From the NCBI GenBank assembly GCA_965247145.1, contig CBDFGH010000006.1, positions 168,778-232,777 on the forward strand: 64,000 nt of DNA, written 5' to 3'. Positions 1 through 8,930 of this stretch are shown in pieces. Source of the stretch: Rickettsiales bacterium. GTDB lineage: Bacteria; Pseudomonadota; Alphaproteobacteria; Rickettsiales; JAIXRX01. Position numbers and translations under genes: made by a program. Below the pieces are notes generated by a model. That model had not been told where the DNA came from, ran no database searches, and saw only the letters and a program-made list of their open reading frames with translations. Each line of letters begins with the position of its first letter. Positions within the stretch are counted from its first letter, which is position 1.

Positions 1-1
1 T

Positions 2-175
2 GCCACACAAGATGGCATCGACGTACCCCCCTTATCCGATCGCAGAATTCGTTTGATTTCTTTGGGTGGCGAGAACAGCATCGAACTAGGTGCATTGCAG
101 ACCAGTGGGGGCCTTAAGGACGCAACATTCAAATGCGCGGCAGAATTGCACTGCCAAACTAAACCAGGCCATTGA
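2..175 (+). CDS. 3' end of an unidentified CDS entering from upstream of the window
   Basis: Frame 2 is open from the window edge to TGA 173-175 (hand translation ends ...KCAAELHCQTKPGH*). No start codon in window and product not recognised. Confidence 0.3.
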   Translation, partial: ATQDGIDVPPLSDRRIRLISLGGENSIELGALQTSGGLKDATFKCAAELHCQTKPGH

Positions 176-177
176 CC

Positions 178-414
178 ATGTCCATGACTGCTCAACAAAT
201 CACCGCCTATCTCACCGAAGCTCTACCGGATGCGGTGGTGGAATTGACGGCGTTGGCGAATGACGACGATCATTGGTCGGTCACCGTCACCTCCGCCGCC
301 TTCGCTGGCAAAAGCCGGGTGGCGCAGCATAAGATGGTGTATGACGCGCTGCAGGGCCATATGGGTGCTACGCTGCATGCCTTGCAGGTGAAAACTTCGG
401 TGCCGGTTTCGTGA
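178..414 (+). CDS. bolA: BolA family protein
   Basis: 78 aa with BolA-like core ...FAGKSRVAQHKMVYDAL...ATLHALQVKT. The ORF track starts at TTG 172; the first ATG is 178. Sits near a monothiol glutaredoxin, the usual BolA partner. Confidence 0.85.
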   Translation: MSMTAQQITAYLTEALPDAVVELTALANDDDHWSVTVTSAAFAGKSRVAQHKMVYDALQGHMGATLHALQVKTSVPVS

Positions 415-740
415 TGCGGCGGATCGCGAAAACACTTCCGCTGCTGGCGCTTTCCGGCTGTGTGCAATATGCGCCGCCGCAATATGTGAAGGCCTGCCTG
501 ATTGCGCCGCGCACGCTGCATGTGACGCTGGATCATTCCATGTTCGGGATATCGGACGTGGATGTGGAGAACCGCAGCGGGATATGGACCATAGAACTGT
601 ATCAAGGGCTGGATAGCAGTGAAAACGCGCGTAATTTCACGATTCCGAACAATGCGGATTCCATTCGGGTGAATGCTGTCCTATATAAGGTGAAGACACT
701 GACGCCCTGCCCGCCACCCGCCACCGAGAAAACATCATGA
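414..740 (+). CDS. hypothetical lipoprotein
   Basis: 108 aa with signal peptide and lipobox ([16 protein letters not shown]). Start overlaps the bolA stop (GTGATG) and stop overlaps the grxD start (ATGA at 737-740). Confidence 0.6.
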   Translation: MRRIAKTLPLLALSGCVQYAPPQYVKACLIAPRTLHVTLDHSMFGISDVDVENRSGIWTIELYQGLDSSENARNFTIPNNADSIRVNAVLYKVKTLTPCPPPATEKTS

Positions 741-1096
741 CCGAATCCCCTGCCCCAGAATCGCCCATCTTCGAGCGCATCCGTGATGATATTTCCACGC
801 ATGATGTGGTGCTGTTCATGAAGGGCAGCAAGAAGATTCCGCAATGCGGTTTCTCCAGCGCCGTGGCGCAAGTGCTTGGCCATCTCGGCGTGGAATATAA
901 GGATGTCAACGTATTGGCGGATCAGGAATTGCGCGAAGGCATCAAAGCCTTCTCCGACTGGCCGACCATTCCGCAGCTCTACGTCAAAGGGGAATTCGTC
1001 GGCGGGTGCGATATCGTGCGCGAAATGTTCCAGACCGGGGAATTGCAGACCCTGCTGAAAGAGCAGAACATCCCTTTCAATGAACAGGCGGCCTAA
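737..1096 (+). CDS. grxD: Grx4-type monothiol glutaredoxin
   Basis: CGFS active site (KIPQCGFSS) and [19 protein letters not shown] motif; 119 aa. Confidence 0.95.
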   Translation: MTESPAPESPIFERIRDDISTHDVVLFMKGSKKIPQCGFSSAVAQVLGHLGVEYKDVNVLADQELREGIKAFSDWPTIPQLYVKGEFVGGCDIVREMFQTGELQTLLKEQNIPFNEQAA

Positions 1097-1098
1097 TC

Positions 1099-1278
1099 AT
1101 GCGTATTCTCCTCAGTACCGCCTTTATGGCCTGCCTGCTCGCCGCCTGCGGTGCGCCCACCAGCGAATCCATCCGCCCCCGCGCAGACGAAGGCGCCTGC
1201 CCCCGCATCGACGGCCAAACCCGCTGCAGCGATTCCCTGAGCAGCGCCCGCACGCCAGCGGAAAAAGCGCCTTTCTGA
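1099..1278 (+). CDS. small hypothetical lipoprotein (59 aa, below ORF-track cutoff)
   Basis: Hand translation MRILLSTAFMACLLAA-CGAPTSES...AEKAPF* with lipobox LAAC. ATG lies 2 nt after the grxD stop. Confidence 0.45.
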   Translation: MRILLSTAFMACLLAACGAPTSESIRPRADEGACPRIDGQTRCSDSLSSARTPAEKAPF

Positions 1279-1364
1279 AGCTGCGCAAATCAAAACTTTA
1301 ATAAATAATTAATACAATTTTTTTGCTTATTTGATTTATAATCTCCGAACATTTTGGAGAGTTT

Positions 1365-2507
1365 ATGGATCAGCATGCGAACAATTATGTAAGCCCGTCA
1401 TTTGAGATGAGCCGACAGGACTGGGACGCGGTTTACGGTTATTTGCTGGCTTGCTTGAAAGAAGCCAATCCTAAAGCTGACCTTTCCCAGGTTTATTATG
1501 ACAACACTCCACTTCCGTGGATCGCATACGATGAATTTGATGTTCTTCGCTATTATCGCGAAGAAGTACCCGCTTTGTGCGAGATGATCGGGCTGCCACC
1601 GCATGAGTTACGCAATTTATTCAACAGCGCGATTGTTGGCCGCACTGAGCATTTCGAACCAGTGGATTTTAAAGATTTTGTCAGTCCGCTCCTTACTGCG
1701 GACATGTTAGATGCGGTGATGAATCACGCCGGATACGATAACTGGAGGTCTTTTGTCGCTCATTATCAAGGGCCGAATTATCAAAACGACATTCGCAGGG
1801 ACATAAGCACGCTGGCTCCGCATCGACCGGATTCACAATGCAAATCTGATTTGGTGCGCCGCGTTGCGCCGCTTGGTTACGCGATGGCGGAAATCAGTGC
1901 CAAACCGGTCAACGAGCAACCTGACACTTATATCTTTACGATCAAGCTTTATCAGGATGACAGTTGGGCCGGTGATTCGGATCATGAGATAAAATTCCGC
2001 ATGCAAACCGACCAACCCATGCGAGTTATCAACCGTATCGGCAACCGCCTGAAAGACGCTCTGCCATTGGGAGTTGAAGATGCGCTGGCGGTGGCAAAGG
2101 ATTTCAAACAACGCTATGCAGTGCCGGAAGTAGCGAAAGCAAAGCTTCCACCAAAACGAGCGCCCATTGTCAAAAAGCCGGTTATCGCTGTAAAAAAAGA
2201 TGAAGTTATCAAAGCGCCTGTTTTGGAAGAGGCAGCATTCAATGAGGAGCTACTTATAAAGTCTGCACGCTCTTTCTGGAAAGAGCGTATTTCTCACCAG
2301 AATCACTCCGCCATCGAACGCATTCAAAATGGTGGCTTTACGATGGTGAAACAGTTTGTTGAAAAAAGATATACTGGCGGCAACATGACAAAGTTTGCCG
2401 ATTGGGCAGTCGCTTATGCCAAACAAAGCGATAACAATTACACACTAGCGCAGTTGGTGAGAGATCATGGACAACCCACCCGGCAGGTTCCGGTGCCCAA
2501 TCGCTAA
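1365..2507 (+). CDS. hypothetical protein (380-aa ORFan, AT-richer than flanks)
   Basis: Long ORF with GGAGA 4 nt upstream of the ATG and an AT-rich leader at 1290-1364. One counted 60-nt line is ~42% G+C. No motif recognised; has a Lys/Pro/Val-rich linker KLPPKRAPIVKKPVIAVKKDEVIK. Confidence 0.7.
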   Translation: MDQHANNYVSPSFEMSRQDWDAVYGYLLACLKEANPKADLSQVYYDNTPLPWIAYDEFDVLRYYREEVPALCEMIGLPPHELRNLFNSAIVGRTEHFEPVDFKDFVSPLLTADMLDAVMNHAGYDNWRSFVAHYQGPNYQNDIRRDISTLAPHRPDSQCKSDLVRRVAPLGYAMAEISAKPVNEQPDTYIFTIKLYQDDSWAGDSDHEIKFRMQTDQPMRVINRIGNRLKDALPLGVEDALAVAKDFKQRYAVPEVAKAKLPPKRAPIVKKPVIAVKKDEVIKAPVLEEAAFNEELLIKSARSFWKERISHQNHSAIERIQNGGFTMVKQFVEKRYTGGNMTKFADWAVAYAKQSDNNYTLAQLVRDHGQPTRQVPVPNR

Positions 2508-2521
2508 ATCCATCTAATCCG

Positions 2522-3106
2522 TTACTGCCGCTGAATGCCCGCATCCCGGTCGCGTGCAGGCGCGCCGATGGCGGGGGCGCTGATGCGGCCGAGGCTGGCT
2601 TCGGTGATGCGTACCGTGTCGGCGGCGACGCCCATATTCAGCAGGCGTTCGCCTTCGCGCATGATGCTTTGCGCCAGATTCGGCTGGCTCATGAAGATTT
2701 TCTTGATGCGTTCCATCGTCGCTTCCGAGATCAGCGCGGCGGCGGCGGCCAGATCAAAGGCGGCGCGGCTCATGCCGCTGGCGCGGGTGGTTTTCTCCCG
2801 CGTCTGGCGCGCCATTTCGTGTTGGCGATTGTCGCGCTCGATGCTCCATGCGGCCATGCGCTGGCGCAGCATCTGCTTCACATGTTCCGGCAGATTGGCA
2901 AACATCGCATTGATGATCGTATCCGGTGCCACGCCGGACTCCAGGCCCGGCAGCGCCATCTCCAGGCAGGTTTCCACCGTCTGGTCGTCCGACTGCGAAG
3001 GCGTGGCGGGCGGGGCGCTGGCCTGCGTCAGATATTGCGCATCGGCATCGCTATCCTCGTAGCCGCTGAATTGCTTTTCTTCGTCGCTCACGGCGCGTTC
3101 CTTCAC
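2522..3106 (-). CDS. hypothetical protein (194 aa, acidic Ser/Pro-rich N-terminus)
   Basis: G/C-rich third codon positions on the minus frame. The overlapping plus-strand ORFs are Arg/Ser/Ala-rich antisense-type products. No family recognised. Confidence 0.65.
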   Translation of the reverse strand: MKERAVSDEEKQFSGYEDSDADAQYLTQASAPPATPSQSDDQTVETCLEMALPGLESGVAPDTIINAMFANLPEHVKQMLRQRMAAWSIERDNRQHEMARQTREKTTRASGMSRAAFDLAAAAALISEATMERIKKIFMSQPNLAQSIMREGERLLNMGVAADTVRITEASLGRISAPAIGAPARDRDAGIQRQ

Positions 3107-3152
3107 TGGATGGATGGTAGGAATCTAGCAGAAAGCCGGTAACTGGCCAATG

Positions 3153-3190
3153 CAAAACGCCCCGGACAGGGCCGGGGCATTTCGTTCTTC
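3153..3190 (-). terminator. putative intrinsic terminator downstream of rpsD
   Basis: Hairpin gccccgg-acaggg-ccggggc (3159-3178). On the minus strand it is followed by GTTTTGCATT, and a T-rich run also follows on the plus strand. Confidence 0.5.
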
Positions 3191-3285
3191 CGTTATGCGA
3201 AGGCAACAGCCCAAGCCAGCCTTGAGCTCGCGAAGCGTCAGGCCCATGCGATTGCCAACAGGCAGTCGCGGAGCGAAACGAAAAA

Positions 3286-3906
3286 CTATCGCGAGTAATA
3301 TTCCACCACGAGGTTGGGCTGCATGATGGTGGCGTAGGGCACTTCGGACAGGGTGGGGACGCGCACATATTTGGCGACCAGAGCCTTGTTGTCGAATTCG
3401 ATATATTCCGGCACGCCGCGCTCGGCGGCTTGCAGCGATTCGAGCACGACGGTCATCTGTTTCGACTTTTCGCGCACTTCCACCATATCGCCCGCTTTCA
3501 AGCGGTAGCTGATGATGTTCACGCGGCGGCCGTTTACCTTCACATGGCCGTGGCTAACGAACTGGCGGGCGGCGAAGACGGTTGGCACCAGGCCGGTGCG
3601 GTAGACGAAGGCATCCAGGCGGCTTTCCAGCAGGCCGATCAGGTTTTCGCTGGTATCGCCACGGCGACGGGCGGCTTCCTGGTAGATCTTGCGGAACTGG
3701 CGCTCGCCGATGTTCCCGTAATAGCCTTTCAGCTTCTGTTTTTCCTGCAGCTGAATCCCGAAATCCGACATTTTGGCTTTGCGCGCGCCGGGGCCATGCT
3801 GGCCGGGCTTGTAATCGCGCTGGTTGACGGGGTCCTTCGAACGGCCCCACAGGCTCGCGCCGATGCGGCGGCTGATCTTGTATTTCGAGGAAATGCGCTT
3901 GCTCAC
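3286..3906 (-). CDS. rpsD: 30S ribosomal protein S4
   Basis: [16 protein letters not shown]...LWGR...DYKPGQHG...; 206 aa with a typical S4 N-terminus and S4 RNA-binding domain. Confidence 0.97.
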   Translation of the reverse strand: MSKRISSKYKISRRIGASLWGRSKDPVNQRDYKPGQHGPGARKAKMSDFGIQLQEKQKLKGYYGNIGERQFRKIYQEAARRRGDTSENLIGLLESRLDAFVYRTGLVPTVFAARQFVSHGHVKVNGRRVNIISYRLKAGDMVEVREKSKQMTVVLESLQAAERGVPEYIEFDNKALVAKYVRVPTLSEVPYATIMQPNLVVEYYSR

Positions 3907-4028
3907 GATGCGTGCTCTAATTGTCAGTGAATTTAAGGAAGCGGAACTATAATCAGGACGTAAGCCTTGTCAAACGCTTTTGGCGGTTATGCGCTCTTTT
4001 TCTCGGCATGCTTTCCTACGCCCCGCCC

Positions 4029-4065
4029 AGAAAAGCAAACGGGTGGCACGAAGCCACCCGTTTGC
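4029..4065 (-). terminator. intrinsic terminator after the 185-aa ORF
   Basis: Perfect 13-bp stem gcaaacgggtggc / gccacccgtttgc (4035-4065) with loop acgaa, followed on the minus strand by TTTTCTGGG. Confidence 0.8.
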
Positions 4066-4081
4066 AGGATACGATGAATGC

Positions 4082-4639
4082 CTAGCGCGCCATGGAGGAT
4101 TGTAGCGAGGCCGGGGCTTCCGGCTGCAAGCGCGATTCTGCGAGCTGGCCCCAGCGGTTGCCCGCGCTATTGGCCGGGTGGTCGGGGTAGTGGTTGAGTT
4201 GACCAGCCTGACGCAACGCTGCGGTTTCTGCCCGCACATCCGCCGTGGCAACTTGCAAAGCCGAAGCTTGGCGGGCTTCTTTGCGGTTTTGGTAGGCTTT
4301 GTAGCCGGTGAATACCGCCGTACCTGCGATCAGGAGAGACCAACCGGGATGGTTGGTAGCAAACTTCGTGGCGAGCCTCAGCGGTTGTACGACGAGATGC
4401 CCAGCAAAGCGCCCCATTTTCCCAAGCACACCGCCCGCAGCGCCGCCAGCGCCGCTGATGAATTCCCAGGATTTACCCGGCGCCGCACTTGCAAATGTCT
4501 TCAGGGCCGACCATTGTTCCGTCAACGGTGCGCTGATACCCACGCTATTGGCGGCATCAATGGCCGTATTCGTCGCCACCGCTTCGGGGCTGGGAGCGAC
4601 GGCTGCACGGCTGAACATTCTAGTGACCCAGTTTGCCAT
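4082..4639 (-). CDS. hypothetical protein (185 aa, one central hydrophobic segment)
   Basis: ORF with coding-like codon usage and hydrophobic WSLLIAGTAVFTGY segment. Followed by a strong terminator. No family recognised. Confidence 0.6.
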   Translation of the reverse strand: MANWVTRMFSRAAVAPSPEAVATNTAIDAANSVGISAPLTEQWSALKTFASAAPGKSWEFISGAGGAAGGVLGKMGRFAGHLVVQPLRLATKFATNHPGWSLLIAGTAVFTGYKAYQNRKEARQASALQVATADVRAETAALRQAGQLNHYPDHPANSAGNRWGQLAESRLQPEAPASLQSSMAR

Positions 4640-4652
4640 GATCTAGCTCCCT

Positions 4653-5219
4653 CTACGCGACGGCGTTGGATTGGGAAACACCGGCCGTGCGGCGGGCGTT
4701 GATCAGATTCTGCTGTTGCTGCCCGACCATGGGAATGATCGGTTGGCTGTTTTGCAGCTGCTGCAGCGCGGCGTTATATTCCTGCTTGGCCTGCGCATAT
4801 TCCTCGCGGCCATTCGCTGCCGCCAGTTGCGGATTGCCCGCCGACATGCCATGCGCCTGCATCTGAATGGCCGCGCGCGCATCCGCTGCTTTGCTCGGGG
4901 CGTTGACGCCGCCAATAGCGGCACCGGCAGCGGTGGCTGTACCGACGATGGGACCAAAAGTTGACACCCCCGCCACAACGGCCATGACTCCACCGACGAT
5001 GGTAGAAGCAACGGCGCTGCCTGCACCGAACACACTTGCGGCCAATGCGAAAAAGCCCAAACCGCTTGCGGCAACCACGGCGGCAAAAATCGCCAAGCCG
5101 ATCAGCGCACCTTTGGTGCCACCCCGCCAACCACCGCCGACCACATCGCTGCCTACGGTGAATGCTTGTTGCAGCACGCCCGGTTTTTGAAATTGAACGT
5201 CGCCCGTCTCGGTGGCCAT
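4653..5219 (-). CDS. hypothetical membrane protein (188 aa, Gly/Ala-rich bilobed hydrophobic domain)
   Basis: Longest of several overlapping ORFs, with GAGGA 9 nt upstream of the ATG. Has a ~55-aa hydrophobic block ALIGLAIFAAVVAASGLGFFALAASVF...IVGGVMAVVAGVSTFGPIVG followed by a Gln-rich tail. Confidence 0.55.
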   Translation of the reverse strand: MATETGDVQFQKPGVLQQAFTVGSDVVGGGWRGGTKGALIGLAIFAAVVAASGLGFFALAASVFGAGSAVASTIVGGVMAVVAGVSTFGPIVGTATAAGAAIGGVNAPSKAADARAAIQMQAHGMSAGNPQLAAANGREEYAQAKQEYNAALQQLQNSQPIIPMVGQQQQNLINARRTAGVSQSNAVA

Positions 5220-5299
5220 AATCCGGCATCCTCGGCGCGATCGCGCCTTTTTAGGTTTTTCCTACCCTAACTGTACCCCAGTGCCGCAAGCGCTTAAAG

Positions 5300-5782
5300 T
5301 TAAGATTGTATGACAGCGTCGGACGAAAGCGAGGGCACGACAAGGGCGCGTTCACCCAAAGGCCCATCTCCCGCCGCTTGCCGTGCACGCAGCAATGTCA
5401 GCAGGTCGGATGCGCCGTAGATATGGGCATGCACGAAGGCGCGCGACTCGCGGTAGGATGCAGGAAGAACGGGGATATGGGGCGCAGGCGGCGGCGTCCA
5501 ATCGCTTTCGGCGGCCAGGGTCATGCCGCCTTGCGGCATCAGCCGCCATTCGGTGTGCGGTGTGCCGCGCATCAACAACCAGGCACGACCGAACCATGCA
5601 CCCAGCGCCATATTCGCACCGAATGCCAATCCCAGCATCGGCGGAGAGGAGATCTGCGCCCAGACGGCTTGACACAAAGCCAGCAAAGCCCCGACCGACA
5701 AACCGGCCATGATCGGCCCATACCGACGCAGCCAGCGCAAACGTCGCAAAGCGCGCCGTTTTTTTAAGCGATGCTCTTTCAT
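5300..5782 (-). CDS. hypothetical membrane protein (~160 aa; alternative start 5863)
   Basis: Basic N-terminus KKRRALRRLRWLRR followed by two predicted TM segments. The ORF-track start at 5863 gives 187 aa. No family recognised. Confidence 0.5.
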   Translation of the reverse strand: MKEHRLKKRRALRRLRWLRRYGPIMAGLSVGALLALCQAVWAQISSPPMLGLAFGANMALGAWFGRAWLLMRGTPHTEWRLMPQGGMTLAAESDWTPPPAPHIPVLPASYRESRAFVHAHIYGASDLLTLLRARQAAGDGPLGERALVVPSLSSDAVIQS

Positions 5783-5933
5783 AACCAACCCCGCGTTCTG
5801 AACGGAATCCTGAATTATCCTGCGGCTCTTGACGGCCGGTGCATGTTTTCCATGCGCGACCATGCCTACACGAATTCAGTTTAAAAATCATCTAAAATTA
5901 AACTGTATTAAGCCAACGCAGGAAATCAGCCAC

Positions 5934-5963
5934 AAAAATGCCCGGGGCTGCAGCTCCGGGCAT
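5934..5963 (-). terminator. intrinsic terminator after the 609-aa ORF
   Basis: 8-bp stem atgcccgg / ccgggcat (5938-5963), followed on the minus strand by TTTTTGTGG. Confidence 0.75.
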
Positions 5964-6003
5964 GGTGTGCGGCCACGTAGAACGGGCCCGCGAAGACTGG
6001 ATA

Positions 6004-7833
6004 TCAGCCCAGCACGGTTTGCGCGCTCTTGGGCCCGCTCTGCATCGGTGTCGTTTTCGGTACTGTGCTGGTCGCTTGCGCCAAGCTCACATTGCCCTCA
6101 TTCTGCGAGAGCATGCCAAGCGATGCCTGTAACTTGGCCAGATCGACCGGGCTTGTGGCGGATTTGTCCGATTCGATCAGGCTGCCCCCCAGGGAAACCA
6201 CCCGCGTGTTGATCGCCGCCGCCACCGCTTCCTGCGCTTGGGGCGTGACGGATGCGGGAATGCGCGATTCGGCGGGCGCGTTCTGCGCCGTGCGCACGGC
6301 CGGCTGAGCCGGATCTTCCTCGTGCATGACGGCTGCGCCGTTACTGTTTACACCACGCTGCATCGGGTGCTGCTTGGCATATACGACAGCAGCAGCCCGC
6401 ACGTCAGCGTTGAACTCTGCTTCACTAAGACCACCGTTAAAACGCGGATGGCTTTTGATGTTTGCCGTAGGATGGTTGGAGAGAAACTCGGTATAGGTGT
6501 ATTTTTCGATCTTGGTGTTGGAAGTTCCGCCGCTCGCTTTATACTGCTCGCGCATATCGAGAATAACGGCTTTGCCCAATGCATCATAGGCCTGCTTCTC
6601 TGTTTTCGATTCATACAGATCAGCTACGATTTGCGCATCGCGCATCTGTAAATTGCCCACAGCACCGTTATTCGGTCTGGCAGGGGCTGCGTTCGCCGCA
6701 GGGCTAGCAGGGGCGACCGCTGCCGGTGGCGTTGGCGTTGGCGGTGTCGGTGTCGAACTCTGCGCTTGCGGCGCAACGGTGCCAGTCGATTGTGAAGCAG
6801 CACTTTCTTGCGGAGCGCTCGCGGCCGTAAAAACTTCCTGCGCCCAAGGAGCAAAGGTATAGGCGTTCCAGCCGTTGGCTTGGGCGAATACTTGAATGTT
6901 GCTGGCATTGAGCGGGTTCGGCGCGTCCAGGCGCGTTTCACCACGACTATACCGGCAAAGCTGTACGTAATCTTCTACGATATGTTTAAACGCCGTTTGT
7001 GCCATAATTGCGGCATCTGAGCTCTTTGGCTGTGTGGGATCGCCGTATTTAAACCAATTTCCGGCATTGTTTTTATATTCTTGTGCATGTTGGGCCATAT
7101 TAGCGGCTGCGGTGTTGCGGCGAGAAATCACTACGGTGAATGGCAGTTCACCAATGGCATTATCGGAAGTGTTGGCGCTCTTTTCGCGGAGATCGTCCAA
7201 TTCTTGCTTCTGTGTCTTAATCTGCGTTTTCACCGCAGCCAGACTTTCGGCATACTCCATCACCGCTTCGTAATCACCCGGCGTGATTTTGATTTTGGTT
7301 TTGGCCGTGAATTCATTTGGATCTATTTCGTCTCGGTTTAGCAAGCATGCTGTGAAATAAGAAGTCTGGGATTTCGTAAGCCCAGTCAGTCGGCGCTTGT
7401 AAAACTGGTCCAGATTCTCTTGATAGCGAAGCTGCTCTTGCTGGTAGATATCTGTCACATCATTGTTGATACGGGCGTTGGCTTTGTTTGTTTCACCGTC
7501 CAATATGACATTGGCCGCTCTGTTGGCCACACCACGAACGATATTGGTAGCTTCGCCAGGAAATGCATTGGCGAGAATCCCTGCCACTTCTTCAACGCCT
7601 ACTCCAATCGCCAATTGTTTGACACCACTTCCACTGAAAGCCGGGGAAGTCTGGGAATAATTCAATTGGCCATCTTTGAACGTATTCTTATCAAGCTTGC
7701 TTAAGCTGAACCCATATTTGCGGGATTTTTTACCGGCAAGAATGGCGAACGGATTTTCATCATCCACCACATGGGATTGGGATTCGGGATTTGTCAGCTC
7801 GACCATGGGGATATCCGCTTTGATAAAGTACAT
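6004..7833 (-). CDS. hypothetical large protein (609 aa) with Pro/Thr/Ala linker
   Basis: Long ORF with central low-complexity linker SSTPTPPTPTPPAAVAPASPAANAAPARP separating two globular halves. Has its own terminator. No signal peptide or known domain seen. Confidence 0.75.
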   Translation of the reverse strand: MYFIKADIPMVELTNPESQSHVVDDENPFAILAGKKSRKYGFSLSKLDKNTFKDGQLNYSQTSPAFSGSGVKQLAIGVGVEEVAGILANAFPGEATNIVRGVANRAANVILDGETNKANARINNDVTDIYQQEQLRYQENLDQFYKRRLTGLTKSQTSYFTACLLNRDEIDPNEFTAKTKIKITPGDYEAVMEYAESLAAVKTQIKTQKQELDDLREKSANTSDNAIGELPFTVVISRRNTAAANMAQHAQEYKNNAGNWFKYGDPTQPKSSDAAIMAQTAFKHIVEDYVQLCRYSRGETRLDAPNPLNASNIQVFAQANGWNAYTFAPWAQEVFTAASAPQESAASQSTGTVAPQAQSSTPTPPTPTPPAAVAPASPAANAAPARPNNGAVGNLQMRDAQIVADLYESKTEKQAYDALGKAVILDMREQYKASGGTSNTKIEKYTYTEFLSNHPTANIKSHPRFNGGLSEAEFNADVRAAAVVYAKQHPMQRGVNSNGAAVMHEEDPAQPAVRTAQNAPAESRIPASVTPQAQEAVAAAINTRVVSLGGSLIESDKSATSPVDLAKLQASLGMLSQNEGNVSLAQATSTVPKTTPMQSGPKSAQTVLG

Positions 7834-7891
7834 TTGGGCTTATCCTATCAAGCCCATGTGACGATATTATGACAAAGAGATGACGGAATGG

Positions 7892-8620
7892 TTACCGTGG
7901 TTTGAGGCCGGAGAGGCTGCGGAGGACGCCGTGGAGGGTTTGCAGGTCCTGGCGGTCGGGGGCCATGCGCAGGAACATTTGGCGCAAGGTCAGCCACATA
8001 CGCTCTTTTTTTTCCGGCACGCGCCAGAAATTCACCTCGTCCAGCCGGGCTTCCAGCGCATTGAGGAAACTATCGAATTCCTGTTTCTCCGCCACTTCCT
8101 TGAATGGCTGCACAGAGGCAAGCGCCGCTTCGGCGAACCAGGCATAGCCGAGCACCACTACCGCCTGGGCGAGATTGAGCGAGGCCGCGCCCGCTGCGGT
8201 AGGGATGGTCACCACCGCATCCGCCAGAATCAGTTCTTCGTTTTCCAGCCCCGTGCGCTCGGAGCCGAACATGAGACCGACGGCTTGCGCGCCTGTGCCC
8301 TGCCCGGCCCTGTTGCGCAGTTCGCGGGCGCATTCGGCGGGGGTGTGGCTGGGTTTTTCCATGTCGCGTGGGCGGGCGCTGCAAGCGGCCACGTAGTGAA
8401 GACCTGCCAGAGCGGAAGGCACATCCGCGAATAATTGCGCGGATTCGACGAGATGGGCGGCGTGGGAAGCCATGTCGATGGCCTTCTGGTTCGGCCAACC
8501 GTCGCGCGGCGCAACGATGCGCAGATCGGTGAGGCCGAAATTCGCCATGGCGCGCGCGGTGGCACCGATATTCTCACCCATCTGCGGGCGGACGAGGATG
8601 ATGGCGGGAGGAATGCTCAT
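7892..8620 (-). CDS. SpoU/TrmH-family RNA methyltransferase (TrmJ-like)
   Basis: Motifs LVRPQMGENIGATARAMANFG, MFGSERTGL, IPT...SLNLAQAV. ORF-track ORF 7892..9079 trimmed to ATG 8620, which overlaps the upstream stop as ATGA. Confidence 0.85.
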   Translation of the reverse strand: MSIPPAIILVRPQMGENIGATARAMANFGLTDLRIVAPRDGWPNQKAIDMASHAAHLVESAQLFADVPSALAGLHYVAACSARPRDMEKPSHTPAECARELRNRAGQGTGAQAVGLMFGSERTGLENEELILADAVVTIPTAAGAASLNLAQAVVVLGYAWFAEAALASVQPFKEVAEKQEFDSFLNALEARLDEVNFWRVPEKKERMWLTLRQMFLRMAPDRQDLQTLHGVLRSLSGLKPR

Positions 8621-8928
8621 TCGCCGGGATCGCTGAGCCAAAGGTGCCCGAGCAGGCTGAGCGCCATGATGCCGCCGGAAACATAGGCCACGTCGATCGG
8701 CATATCCCCCACCATGATTGCGCCAAGGCCCGCGCTGCGCAGCGCGAACCACATGGCCCACAGCACCACGACCAGCACCCCCGCCACGCCCACCACCTGA
8801 TATTGCGGATCCCGGCTCATGCGCACCACGAAGCTGAGCGCGAAAGCGGAGGAGATGAGCGAGGCATAGAGCCGCCAATGGGCGATGAGATGATTCCAGA
8901 CCTGGGCGAGATGGTGTGAGATATGCAT
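8617..8928 (-). CDS. small hypothetical membrane protein (103 aa)
   Basis: ATG at 8928 lies 2 nt after the cimA-type stop. Three hydrophobic segments. The ORF-track extension to 9327 overlaps the upstream gene and was trimmed. Confidence 0.55.
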   Translation of the reverse strand: MHISHHLAQVWNHLIAHWRLYASLISSAFALSFVVRMSRDPQYQVVGVAGVLVVVLWAMWFALRSAGLGAIMVGDMPIDVAYVSGGIMALSLLGHLWLSDPGE

Positions 8929-8930
8929 GG

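Noticed and set aside
1337-1342. TATAAT box as an annotated promoter for the 380-aa ORF
   Set aside because: There is no acceptable -35 element at 16-18 nt spacing (TTGCTT is only 8 nt away). In a nearly pure A/T stretch a TATAAT match is expected by chance, so it is mentioned only in the finding.
4653-5219. 188-aa Gly/Ala-rich membrane protein as a VirB2/TrbC pilin
   Set aside because: It is too long, lacks the long signal peptide plus two-helix pilin layout, has a ~90-aa Gln-rich C-terminal tail, and lies 40 kb from the T4SS genes.
5236-5262. Palindrome ggcgcgatcgcgcc followed by tttttaggttttt as a terminator
   Set aside because: The T-run follows the hairpin only on the plus strand, whereas both neighbouring genes are on the minus strand. 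On the minus strand it sits just upstream of the RBS of the 188-aa ORF, so it has no coherent terminator role.
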